This document shows, piece after piece, positions 55,437 to 64,000 of a DNA stretch of 64,000 bases. The position numbers were made by a program, and so were the translations under genes. The stretch is taken from the NCBI RefSeq assembly GCF_034669625.1, contig NZ_JAXMOY010000016.1, forward strand, positions 1,589-65,588, written 5' to 3'. Each line of letters starts with the position of its first letter. The first letter of the stretch is position 1. The notes under the pieces were generated by a model that saw nothing but the letters and a program-made list of their open reading frames with translations, ran no database searches and was not told where the DNA came from. The DNA is from Marinobacter sp. GTDB taxonomy: Bacteria > Pseudomonadota > Gammaproteobacteria > Pseudomonadales > Oleiphilaceae.

Positions 55437-55907
55437 TCAGGTCTGGTTCGAGATCATGGCCTGATACAGACTGCCGGCATCCTGACACTGGCGCAGTTTT
55501 TCGCAAAAAGAGCTTTCATTAAACTTTTCAGCAAGCTGACTGAGCAGTTCCAAATGTTCGCTAGTCGCTTCTTTGGGGACAACCAGAGCGAAAACTATGT
55601 CAACGGGTTGGTTGTCGATGGAATCGAAGTCAACCGGGTCGGTCAGTGTCATCAATACGCCGATGACTCTATTCAGCCCGTCCAGACGGCAATGGGGGAT
55701 GGCTATGCCCTCGCCAATGCCGGTGCTGCCCAGGCGCTCTCGCGACACCAGATTGTTGAAGATATCTGTATCGTTGAGACTTTCATCCTGATGATGAATG
55801 TGTTCAGCGATAAACTCCAGTACACGTTTTTTGCTTGACGCCGCAACACAGCACAGAGTCAGTTCTGGAGCCAGAATGTTGTCGATGGTCAGGGATGAAT
55901 CGCTCAT
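55437..55907 (-). CDS. ptsN: PTS EIIA-Ntr
   Basis: SKKRVLE, RERLGSTGIGEGIAIPH and DFDSIDNQPVD. Confidence 0.96.
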   Translation of the reverse strand: MSDSSLTIDNILAPELTLCCVAASSKKRVLEFIAEHIHHQDESLNDTDIFNNLVSRERLGSTGIGEGIAIPHCRLDGLNRVIGVLMTLTDPVDFDSIDNQPVDIVFALVVPKEATSEHLELLSQLAEKFNESSFCEKLRQCQDAGSLYQAMISNQT

Positions 55908-55926
55908 AGATCGACTTCATTTCCGT

Positions 55927-55962
55927 AAAAAAAAGGCTGCGGCCGGATACTCCTGCCGCAGC
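55927..55962 (-). terminator. Intrinsic terminator after hpf
   Basis: Minus strand GCTGCGGC-N11-GCCGCAGC followed by CTTTTTTTT. Confidence 0.8.
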
Positions 55963-56007
55963 ACGTCTTATTGAAACGCCCGGTTCGGTTTCACGCTAAA
56001 GCGTGCG

Positions 56008-56310
56008 TTAACCGTTACCTTGCATCCGGGCAACTGTCTTTTCTTTATGTTTGAGGATCTGGCGGTCAAGTTTGTCGACCAGGCCGTCAATAGCGGCGTA
56101 CATATCCTCATTCTCAGCCTTTGCGTGAATTTCGCCACCAATCACATGGAGGGTAGCTTCGGCCATCTGGCGAACTTTCTCAACTTCCAGCGTCACCTGA
56201 CAATTACTGATGTGGTCAAAGTGTCGCTCAAGCTTATCAAACTTGGTGGTTACGTAATCCTTTAGTGCGGGAGTCAGTTCTACATGATGGCCTGAAATAT
56301 TGAGTTGCAT
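56008..56310 (-). CDS. hpf: Ribosome hibernation promoting factor
   Basis: MQLNISGHHVELT, KLERHFD and DMYAAIDGLVDKLDRQ. Confidence 0.96.
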   Translation of the reverse strand: MQLNISGHHVELTPALKDYVTTKFDKLERHFDHISNCQVTLEVEKVRQMAEATLHVIGGEIHAKAENEDMYAAIDGLVDKLDRQILKHKEKTVARMQGNG

Positions 56311-56381
56311 AGGCTTCTCCTGTTGTCATATAGCCGGCTTTTGCCGGACTGAGTGTCAGCACCTCTTGTGCTGACGAATCC

Positions 56382-57920
56382 TTAAACCAAACGTTTACGC
56401 TCGTTCGAGGGAGGGATATGCATCGCCTCTCTGTACTTGGCTACCGTACGCCGGGCAACATTGATTCCCTGTTCTCCTAGCATGGCTGCAATTTTGCTAT
56501 CACTCAATGGCTTTTTTGGTGTTTCCTCAGCAATCAGCTTTTTGATCATCGCACGAATAGCCGTTGAGGAACATTCTCCACCCTCGGCAGTGCCCACGTG
56601 ACTGGAGAAAAAGTATTTAAGCTCAAAAATTCCCCGAGGGGTATGCATGTATTTTTGAGTGGTCACCCGGGATATCGTCGACTCGTGCATATCCACGGCC
56701 TGGGCGATGTCGGACAGGATGAGCGGTTTCATGGCTTCATCGCCATGGTCCAGAAAACCCTGTTGGTATTCAACAATGCGAGTGGCAACTTTGAGTAAGG
56801 TCTCGTTGCGGCTCTGAAGGCTTTTGATAAACCACTTGGCCTCTTGCAGCTGGTCGCGCATGTAGGTGTTGTCAGCGCTGCTGTCGGCCCGTCGAATCAG
56901 CGAAGCATAGCTGGCGTTAACGCGAATACGCGGGGCGATTTCCGGGTTAAGCTCCACGCGCCAGCGGCCTTCGTGTTTACGTACGATGACATCCGGGATT
57001 ACGTAATCGGGCTCGGTCTGGTCGATGCTGTCGCCCGGCCTGGGATTCAGGCTGGTGATCAGCGCCAACACCTCTTTCAGCTGATCTTCTTTCAAGCGGC
57101 TGCGTCGAAGAAGCTGGGCGTAATCCCGATTGCCTAACAAATGTAGAAACTGGGTGACCACGAGCTTGGCCTGACGTAGCCAGGGCGTATCAGGCGGCAA
57201 TTGGCTTAGCTGGATCATCAGGCAGTCTTGCAGATCCCGGGCAAACACGCCCGGTGGGTCGAAATGCTGGAGTCGATGCAGAACCGCCTGAACTTCATCG
57301 AGTTCCAGGGGGTCTTCTTCTGAGCCCTCAAACAAACCAGAATGAATCTCTTCAAGGGAAGACGTTAAATAGCCTCTGTTATCGACGGCATCTAACAACG
57401 CGTGTGCGATGGCCTGATCCCTTTCGCTTAGGGGGGTCAGATTCAATTGCCACTCAAGATGGTCGTGCAGAGTCTCGCTCGGCGAGTTGCGGGTCTCGAA
57501 ATCAGAGTCGTTTTCATCATCGCCTCGGCTTGCAGGGGCCGGCGCGGATTGGTAAATGTCGTCCCAAGCGGTATCGACAGGCAGGTCGTCAGGGATGTTG
57601 TCGGGTGTTTGGTCTTCCGCCGACCAGTCAGGTGCGGTTTCCGATTCATCCCAATCCGAGCTTTGCGAGTCGGTGTTTGACTCTTCCTGAGCAGAGGCTG
57701 TCTCATGCTGGTCGTCGCGGCTATTTTCTTGCTGTTCGCTTGAGTCAGCCTGATCGTCGTCCTCGGAGGTTTCCAGCATCGGGTTTGAGTCGAGTGCCTG
57801 CTGGATTTCTTGCTGAAGGTCCAAAGTAGAAAGTTGCAGCAGTCGGATGGCTTGCTGCAACTGGGGGGTCATGGTCAGACTTTGGCCCATTTTGAGCTGT
57901 AGAGAAGCTTTCATAACCAT
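56382..57920 (-). CDS. rpoN: RNA polymerase sigma-54
   Basis: [24 protein letters not shown] and [10 protein letters not shown] (RpoN box). Confidence 0.98.
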   Translation of the reverse strand: MVMKASLQLKMGQSLTMTPQLQQAIRLLQLSTLDLQQEIQQALDSNPMLETSEDDDQADSSEQQENSRDDQHETASAQEESNTDSQSSDWDESETAPDWSAEDQTPDNIPDDLPVDTAWDDIYQSAPAPASRGDDENDSDFETRNSPSETLHDHLEWQLNLTPLSERDQAIAHALLDAVDNRGYLTSSLEEIHSGLFEGSEEDPLELDEVQAVLHRLQHFDPPGVFARDLQDCLMIQLSQLPPDTPWLRQAKLVVTQFLHLLGNRDYAQLLRRSRLKEDQLKEVLALITSLNPRPGDSIDQTEPDYVIPDVIVRKHEGRWRVELNPEIAPRIRVNASYASLIRRADSSADNTYMRDQLQEAKWFIKSLQSRNETLLKVATRIVEYQQGFLDHGDEAMKPLILSDIAQAVDMHESTISRVTTQKYMHTPRGIFELKYFFSSHVGTAEGGECSSTAIRAMIKKLIAEETPKKPLSDSKIAAMLGEQGINVARRTVAKYREAMHIPPSNERKRLV

Positions 57921-58097
57921 GGCTCAAAATCCATAACGTGCCTGCATCCTGATAAAAAAACATTGCTTGCGAATGAAAAAAATTGTTGTGCGCTGGTAAC
58001 TTGCGGCGCTTGGCCAACAACTTAAGCAATTACCCTGCCGAGTTTACTTGCTCGCGTTCAGCAAAACAATCAGCCCGGCTCTCAGGTCTACGATCGT

Positions 58098-58823
58098 CTA
58101 TAGTCGGAACTCGTTCCCTAGATAGACTTCTTTCACTTGCTGGTTAGCAAGAATGACATCAGAGCTGCCCGAGGCGATGATGTGACCGCCGGAAACAATG
58201 TAGGCATTCTCGCAAATATCCAACGTTTCTCGGACGTTGTGGTCGGTGATGAGAACGCCGATGCCTTTGTCGCGAAGATGTCGGATGATGTGTTTGATGT
58301 CGCTGACAGAAATTGGGTCCACCCCGGCAAACGGTTCGTCCAGAAGAATGAAGGCAGGTTCCATGGCCAGAGCGCGAGCAATTTCTACCCGACGACGCTC
58401 GCCGCCAGAGAGAGCCATGCCCACGCTGTCACGAATGTGAGTGATGTGAAACTCTTCAAGCAGTTCTTCCAGCTTAGCTTCGCGATCCGCTTTGGAAAGT
58501 GATTTGCGCGTTTCCAATATGGCCATGATGTTATCGCGTACGGTCAGCTTGCGGAATACAGAGGCCTCCTGGGGCAAGTAACCGATGCCTTTGCGGGCGC
58601 GCCCGTGCATGGGTAGGGGGGTGATGTCGTTGTTGTCGATGGTGATGCGGCCGTGGTCCGCTGGCACCAGTCCAACGATCATGTAAAAACAGGTGGTTTT
58701 GCCGGCGCCGTTGGGGCCCAGCAGGCCAACGATTTCCCCTGAGCGAATCTCCAGTGAGACGTCCAGAACCACTTTTTTCTGTTTGTAGCTTTTGGCCAGA
58801 TTGCTGGCCCTGAGAACTGCCAT
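58098..58823 (-). CDS. lptB: LPS export ABC ATPase
   Basis: [34 protein letters not shown] and ITDHNV. Confidence 0.97.
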   Translation of the reverse strand: MAVLRASNLAKSYKQKKVVLDVSLEIRSGEIVGLLGPNGAGKTTCFYMIVGLVPADHGRITIDNNDITPLPMHGRARKGIGYLPQEASVFRKLTVRDNIMAILETRKSLSKADREAKLEELLEEFHITHIRDSVGMALSGGERRRVEIARALAMEPAFILLDEPFAGVDPISVSDIKHIIRHLRDKGIGVLITDHNVRETLDICENAYIVSGGHIIASGSSDVILANQQVKEVYLGNEFRL

Positions 58824-58836
58824 CAGAACCTTCCTG

Positions 58837-59358
58837 TTATTGACCTGAACTGCGTGGCTGAATCACCATTTCGACTCGGCCTGAGCCTTCACCTTCAGAA
58901 TCGCCCCCATCTGCGGTGACCACCCGGTTTGCGGTGTCGTAGTGGATGATGTCGCCGCGGAACGTGCTGCCGCCTTGTTCGATCATCGCTTCTCGCTCGA
59001 AGGTCAGCTGGCTGTCTTTGGCAGACCAGGTGATGTTCAGGGCTTCGGCATTGATGACTGCGGTTTTGTCCTGCGACGGCTGGCGGTAATGGGCAGGCGT
59101 ACCACTCGCTTCAATTCGGCTTAGCCCTTGTGGGCTGCGGTAGAGAACAACGCGTTCCGCGTCCAGTTTTACGTTGCCTTGTACCAGTTCTACGGCTCCG
59201 GTGTAGATGGCCGTGCCTGCGCTGTCATCTAGGCGTGCAGAGTTGGCGCTGACTTTGATGGGCTCGTCGGAGTCCAGGGTGAAAGCGGCTGCAGGGCTGG
59301 CCAGAAAAGCGGCTGCCATGATCAGTGAAAAAAGAAGTTGGTTACCTGATGGGATCAT
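58837..59358 (-). CDS. lptA: LPS transport periplasmic protein LptA
   Basis: Signal peptide, [15 protein letters not shown]...QG and GRVEMVIQP. Confidence 0.92.
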   Translation of the reverse strand: MIPSGNQLLFSLIMAAAFLASPAAAFTLDSDEPIKVSANSARLDDSAGTAIYTGAVELVQGNVKLDAERVVLYRSPQGLSRIEASGTPAHYRQPSQDKTAVINAEALNITWSAKDSQLTFEREAMIEQGGSTFRGDIIHYDTANRVVTADGGDSEGEGSGRVEMVIQPRSSGQ

Positions 59359-59941
59359 AATGCCCTTCCACTTGGGAATTGAGTTCCAAAATTCGGTCGT
59401 CCAGCCAGGCTTTCATGCCTGTTGCTTTGGTGGTTCCGTGCGGCTCGGTGATCGTTACCGGTTGGTCGGTGTACACGGTACCTTCGGTATTGTTTAGGGT
59501 TAGCTCGTTGGTTTCGAGTGAGGTATCAGAACCTTGAAGCTGTCGATGGATAACAACGTTACCGTTCAAGTTAACCAGTCCATCGTCTTGCAGAAGGCTA
59601 CCCTGATCCGCCTCAATATTCCACGGGACGGGGTCGCCGTCGCCATGGAGTGTGGCGCGGGGCTTCTCCATGGTGGCAAGGTTGCGACTTTCAAACTGCT
59701 CGATGCGTGGGCTGGTCATGCGAATTTTCGGGTTGCCCTGAGGGTCCCAGGTTCGGTAATCCGCCTGAATGATAAAGCCGTCCGGTTCCGCCGGGCCGCG
59801 AAGCTCTTTGGCGTTGTCCTGCGTGCCTGCCGGCTCTTCGCTTTGCCACATGAGAAACAAGGTGGCCGCTATAGTGCCGCCCAACGCCAGTGTTCTGGCC
59901 CAGGCTTTGCCTTTCCCGGGGCTGAACAGTTGGGCGATCAC
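59342..59941 (-). CDS. lptC: LPS export protein LptC
   Basis: TM segment then beta-jellyroll-like sequence (TDQPVTI); GTG start overlapping the kdsC stop; position between kdsC and lptA. Confidence 0.88.
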   Translation of the reverse strand: MIAQLFSPGKGKAWARTLALGGTIAATLFLMWQSEEPAGTQDNAKELRGPAEPDGFIIQADYRTWDPQGNPKIRMTSPRIEQFESRNLATMEKPRATLHGDGDPVPWNIEADQGSLLQDDGLVNLNGNVVIHRQLQGSDTSLETNELTLNNTEGTVYTDQPVTITEPHGTTKATGMKAWLDDRILELNSQVEGHYDPIR

Positions 59942-60507
59942 GATTCGGCGCTCACATAGGGCTTGAGGGTTGTCGCGAGCAGATCCTGTGACCAGAGAAT
60001 CAGGTCGCAAGCTTCTCGCACCGCGCCGCTGCCGCCCGCAACGGTGGTGCAATAGTCCGCTTGTTGTCTTACCAGCCAATAACCGTTTGGCACAGTGATG
60101 CCGAGGCCGGCGAATTGCAGTGCGGGAAGATCCGGCAAGTCATCGCCCATGTAGGCGATTTGCTCAGGGGTGATGTCCATGTCGGCCACCAGTTCTTGCA
60201 GCGCAATTTTTTTGTCTTCCCGCCCTTGCATGAGATGTGTGATACCCAAGTCGCTCATGCGTTTTTCGGTCAGAGGAGAGCGTCGGCCTGTAATCACAGC
60301 AACGGTGATGCCGGCATTCATCAGTTGCTTTAGCCCGAGGCCATCCAGAATGTTGAACGTTTTCAGCTCATCGCCACTGGCGCTGAAGTAGAGTTTTCCG
60401 TCACTCATGATGCCGTCCACATCAAAGGCGACGAGTCTGATGGCGGTCGCTTTGGTGCGGAGTTCAGTGCTCCACTGTTGGCTGAGAGGTGGGGTTAGAT
60501 CTGTCAT
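59938..60507 (-). CDS. kdsC: KDO-8-phosphate phosphatase
   Basis: FDVDG, FNILDGLG, ITGR, YMGDDLPD and GAVRE HAD motifs. Confidence 0.95.
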   Translation of the reverse strand: MTDLTPPLSQQWSTELRTKATAIRLVAFDVDGIMSDGKLYFSASGDELKTFNILDGLGLKQLMNAGITVAVITGRRSPLTEKRMSDLGITHLMQGREDKKIALQELVADMDITPEQIAYMGDDLPDLPALQFAGLGITVPNGYWLVRQQADYCTTVAGGSGAVREACDLILWSQDLLATTLKPYVSAES

Positions 60508-61496
60508 TAAATGACCCCCGCCCGCAACAGGTCGTGCATGTTGATGGCGCCGACCAGATTGCCTTCGTCGTCGGTAACCGGGAGGGCATTAATTTTCAGC
60601 TCTTCCATAATATTGAGCGCATCGGCTGCCAGCTGATCTGACTGGATGGTTTTTCCGTTGCGGGTCATGACCTGATCGATGGCCGTGGTGTGTACATCAA
60701 CCGATTTATCCAGAGTTCGACGCAGATCGCCGTCGGTAAAGATACCAGTCAACTCGCCATTGGCGTTCACGACGGTGGTCATGCCCAGGCCTTTGCGAGT
60801 GATCTCCAGAAGTGCGCCACTGAGGGTCGTGGTTTCAAGTACGCGGGGAACCTTGTCGCCGGAGTGCATAAAGTCGGAAACGCGTAACAATAAGCGTCTC
60901 CCTAGTCGACCACCCGGGTGGGAAAAGGCGAAGTCTTCCGCGCTGAAGCCGCGGGCTTCCAGCAACGCGACGGCTAATGCATCGCCCATGACCAGTGTGG
61001 CCGTGGTGCTGGATGTGGGGGCAAGCCCGAGCGGGCAGGCTTCACTGGCAACGCTGACGTCCAAATTGGCAGCGGCCTCTTTTGCCAGCAACGAGTCTGG
61101 GTTGCCCGTCATGCTGATCAGGGGGGCGCCCATTCGCCGAATTAAAGGTAGAATAGTGACAACTTCGCTGGTGCTGCCGCTGTTGGAGATGGCGATAACC
61201 ACATCCTGCGAGGTGATCATGCCTAGGTCACCGTGACTGGCTTCGCCCGGATGCACGAAAAAAGAGGGCGTGCCGGTGCTGGCCAGCGTTGCGGCAATTT
61301 TGTTTCCGATGTGGCCGGACTTGCCCATTCCAGTCACCACGACTCGGCCTTTGCAGGCCATAATGATGTCGCAGGCACGGGTGAAGTCGCCATTGATACG
61401 ATGTTCAAGCGCTTCGATTGCATCCCGTTCAATTTGGATGGCCCGAACGGCTGAGTTGCGGTAATCCGGGGAACTTGACGTGTTTGTATCTGTCAT
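60507..61496 (-). CDS. kdsD: Arabinose-5-phosphate isomerase
   Basis: GMGKSGHIG, ASTGTP, HPGEASHGDLG, EACPLGLAPTSST and CBS pair. Confidence 0.96.
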   Translation of the reverse strand: MTDTNTSSSPDYRNSAVRAIQIERDAIEALEHRINGDFTRACDIIMACKGRVVVTGMGKSGHIGNKIAATLASTGTPSFFVHPGEASHGDLGMITSQDVVIAISNSGSTSEVVTILPLIRRMGAPLISMTGNPDSLLAKEAAANLDVSVASEACPLGLAPTSSTTATLVMGDALAVALLEARGFSAEDFAFSHPGGRLGRRLLLRVSDFMHSGDKVPRVLETTTLSGALLEITRKGLGMTTVVNANGELTGIFTDGDLRRTLDKSVDVHTTAIDQVMTRNGKTIQSDQLAADALNIMEELKINALPVTDDEGNLVGAINMHDLLRAGVI

Positions 61497-61699
61497 CTCG
61501 GCTGGCTTTGCTCGGTCGGTCTGTGAACCCGGCCCGGTTATCGGGACGGACGACTATGGCAGGAAGTATATCATTGATACCCGGTAGGGCTGCCAATGTT
61601 CAGAGCATCTGAACGTTGCAATCAATACATTTTAATAACCTGAGATTGAGGTCCGGCGACGCTTATCATAATGTAGGCGCTCCTCGAAAAGGATGGATT

Positions 61700-62512
61700 A
61701 TGGAGTCATCTGCATACATTACGCTAAAGGATGTGGTGTTTTCCCGCTCCGGCCGGCGTATTTTTGATGGTATTACCTTGGATATCCCCGTGGGTAAAAT
61801 TACCGCCATCATGGGGCCGAGTGGCACAGGCAAGACTACGCTTCTGCGGGTTATCGGTGGACAGCTGAGACCGGATTCCGGACAGGTCACAGTCGCCGGT
61901 CATGAAGTTCCGAAACTTAAGCGGAAGGAGTTGTACCGCCTGCGTGAAAAAATGGGCATGCTCTTTCAAAGTGGCGCATTGTTCACAGACATCAGCGTAT
62001 TCGAGAACGTTGCTTTCCCATTGCGCGTTCATACCGCCCTGCCGGAAGACATGATTCGCGATATCGTTTTGATGAAATTGGAAGCGGTAGGGCTGCGTGG
62101 AGCGCGAGATTTGATGCCGTCAGAGCTTTCGGGTGGTATGACTCGCCGTGTAGCTCTGGCTCGAAGCATCGCGCTGGATCCTGAGCTGATCATGTACGAC
62201 GAACCCTTTGCCGGTCAGGATCCGATCGCGATGGGTGTGCTGGTCAAGTTGATCAGAGATCTCAACAGTTCGATGGGATTGACCAGTGTGCTGGTATCTC
62301 ACGATGTGCCTGAATCTCTGAGTATCTGCCATTACGCATGCATCATTGCCGATGGCAAGGTGATCGGCACCGGTACACCGGAAGAGTTACGGAACCACCC
62401 GTCGGAGCTTGTTCAGCAGTTCCTGAGCGGCCAGCCGGATGGGCCGGTACCTTTCCATTACCCTGCCAGTGAGCCCGTCGACGATTTTGGCCTTAAAGGA
62501 GCTTCGCTATGA
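61700..62512 (+). CDS. mlaF: Mla ABC transporter ATPase
   Basis: [22 protein letters not shown] and [10 protein letters not shown]; start at MESSA. Confidence 0.95.
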   Translation: MESSAYITLKDVVFSRSGRRIFDGITLDIPVGKITAIMGPSGTGKTTLLRVIGGQLRPDSGQVTVAGHEVPKLKRKELYRLREKMGMLFQSGALFTDISVFENVAFPLRVHTALPEDMIRDIVLMKLEAVGLRGARDLMPSELSGGMTRRVALARSIALDPELIMYDEPFAGQDPIAMGVLVKLIRDLNSSMGLTSVLVSHDVPESLSICHYACIIADGKVIGTGTPEELRNHPSELVQQFLSGQPDGPVPFHYPASEPVDDFGLKGASL

Positions 62513-63291
62513 TGGATTACGTAGCGAACTTCGGTCGCCGAAGTATGGAGATCATTGGCTCTCTGGGGCGCGCGACTCAGTTTTTGATCGGCGTTCTTGT
62601 GGGTGTCCCTAAGCCGGCGACGGGCTTTCCGCTTCTCGTCAAACAGCTCTATGCGGTGGGCGTGCTTTCGCTGGCAATTGTTGTGGTTTCCGGCTTGTTT
62701 ATTGGCATGGTATTGGCGCTGCAAGGCTATACCATTCTCAGCGATTACGGCTCAGAGGCCGCGATTGGTCAGATGATTGCGCTAACCTTGGTGCGGGAGT
62801 TGGGGCCGGTGGTGACGGCGTTGTTATTCGCGGGCCGTGCAGGTTCTGCACTGACTGCAGAAATCGGTTTGATGAAGGCGACAGAACAGTTGTCGAGCAT
62901 GGAGATGATGGGGGTCGACCCGTTGCGCCGTGTTATTGCGCCTCGTCTTTGGGCTGGTTTTATCGCGATGCCGATACTGGCAATGATCTTCTCGGTTGTT
63001 GGCATTTGGGGCGGCATGCTGGTTGGCGTGGATTGGCTGGGTGTTTTTGAAGGTTCCTTCTGGGGCAACATGCAATCATCGGTCGATTTTCTGGACGATG
63101 TGCTGAACGGTGTCATTAAAACTGTGGTGTTCGGCTTTGTGTGCGCCTGGATTGCCGTCTATCAAGGGTACGACTGTGTGCCCACGTCTGCAGGCATCAG
63201 TTCTGCGACGACCAAAACAGTTGTTTATTCATCACTGGCGGTGCTCGGCCTCGATTTTGTGCTGACCGCTGTTATGTTTGGCGATTTCTAA
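62509..63291 (+). CDS. mlaE: Mla permease
   Basis: [30 protein letters not shown] and TTKTVV. Confidence 0.96.
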   Translation: MMDYVANFGRRSMEIIGSLGRATQFLIGVLVGVPKPATGFPLLVKQLYAVGVLSLAIVVVSGLFIGMVLALQGYTILSDYGSEAAIGQMIALTLVRELGPVVTALLFAGRAGSALTAEIGLMKATEQLSSMEMMGVDPLRRVIAPRLWAGFIAMPILAMIFSVVGIWGGMLVGVDWLGVFEGSFWGNMQSSVDFLDDVLNGVIKTVVFGFVCAWIAVYQGYDCVPTSAGISSATTKTVVYSSLAVLGLDFVLTAVMFGDF

Positions 63292-63312
63292 TAAGGATTC
63301 TAGGGCCCTGTT

Positions 63313-63762
63313 ATGGTGCAGAGAACAACGGAAATAGTGGTAGGTTTCTTCATGATCGCCGGGTTGGCAGCCCTGCTGTTTTTGGCGTTGCAGGTGAGTG
63401 GGTTGTCGCCTAAGTCGGCCTCGTCGACGTATACGATATACGCCAACTTTAATGATGTGGGCGGCCTGACTCCGAGGGGGAAAGTTTCAATGGCGGGCGT
63501 GACCGTTGGTTCCATCGAGTCCATCAGTCTGGATATGAATACCTTCCAGGCCAAAGTGACCATGGCCATTCGCTCGGATGTGGATACCATTCCGGCAGAC
63601 AGTGCGGCGGTTATCCGAACCTCCGGGCTGTTGGGTGAGCAGTACATCGATATTTCTATTGGTGGGGATATGGAGTCTTTGAGCGAAGGCGACACCTTTT
63701 ATTCCACCCAATCCGCGATGAATCTGGAAAGACTGATCAGTAACTTTGCCTCTGGCCGCTGA
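63313..63762 (+). CDS. mlaD: Mla MCE-domain protein
   Basis: EIVVGFF, F.DVGGL, GVTVG and TSGLLGEQYI. Confidence 0.96.
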   Translation: MVQRTTEIVVGFFMIAGLAALLFLALQVSGLSPKSASSTYTIYANFNDVGGLTPRGKVSMAGVTVGSIESISLDMNTFQAKVTMAIRSDVDTIPADSAAVIRTSGLLGEQYIDISIGGDMESLSEGDTFYSTQSAMNLERLISNFASGR

Positions 63763-63786
63763 TCGCGGTCAGGACAGGAGAATAAG

Positions 63787-64000
63787 ATGTTTGTTTTGAA
63801 ACGAAAACTTTTTGCGATCTTCGCGGTGTTGGTAATGGCTGCCGGTCAGGCTAGCGCGGGCGTTGAGGAAGATCTGAAAAAATATGTCAGCGACAACACT
63901 CAGATGTTGGTGGAGAAGCTGAACGCTGAAAAAGGTCTTTATGAAAAAGATCCTGAAGCCTTTTATCGAAGCATGAATGATGCTTTGACGGATTTCGTGG
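63787..64000 (+). CDS. mlaC: Mla periplasmic lipid shuttle, 3'-truncated by the window edge
   Basis: ATG after an AGGAG RBS; signal peptide MFVLKRKLFAIFAVLVMAAGQASA; follows mlaD; not in the ORF track because it is open-ended. Confidence 0.85.
   Translation, partial: MFVLKRKLFAIFAVLVMAAGQASAGVEEDLKKYVSDNTQMLVEKLNAEKGLYEKDPEAFYRSMNDALTDFV

Overview
Core-genome window from a marine gammaproteobacterium, most likely Marinobacter or a close relative (inferred from protein style and gene order, no search run). Nearly all of it is housekeeping genes. In order: purA (partial), cmoB/cmoA, srkA, comF, bioBFCD, a small flagellar-rod-like gene plus an SprA-related gene, two acyl-CoA dehydrogenases, an endonuclease I homologue, holA-lptE-leuS, ybeL, lnt-corC-ybeY-ybeZ-miaB, trmH, yejK, cysDN, a PilZ protein, rimO, can-pycB-pycA with a LysR regulator, gatCAB, mreBCD-maf-rng-yhdP-nitrilase, yjgA, mgtE, npr-rapZ-ptsN-hpf-rpoN-lptBAC-kdsCD, and mlaFEDC (partial). 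I found no transposase, integrase, phage gene, CRISPR array, tRNA or rRNA. The most unusual signal is a dispersed ~100-110 bp intergenic element present four times. Each copy has its own near-perfect 21-29 bp inverted arms around a conserved core of two small hairpins, most of which carry the CsrA/RsmA-type CANGGANG motif. Other oddities are apparent clean absences of bioH and of tldD/pmbA from their usual positions, a vestigial APS-kinase tail on CysN, altered metal ligands in the endonuclease I homologue, and an NPr lacking the Ser46 equivalent.
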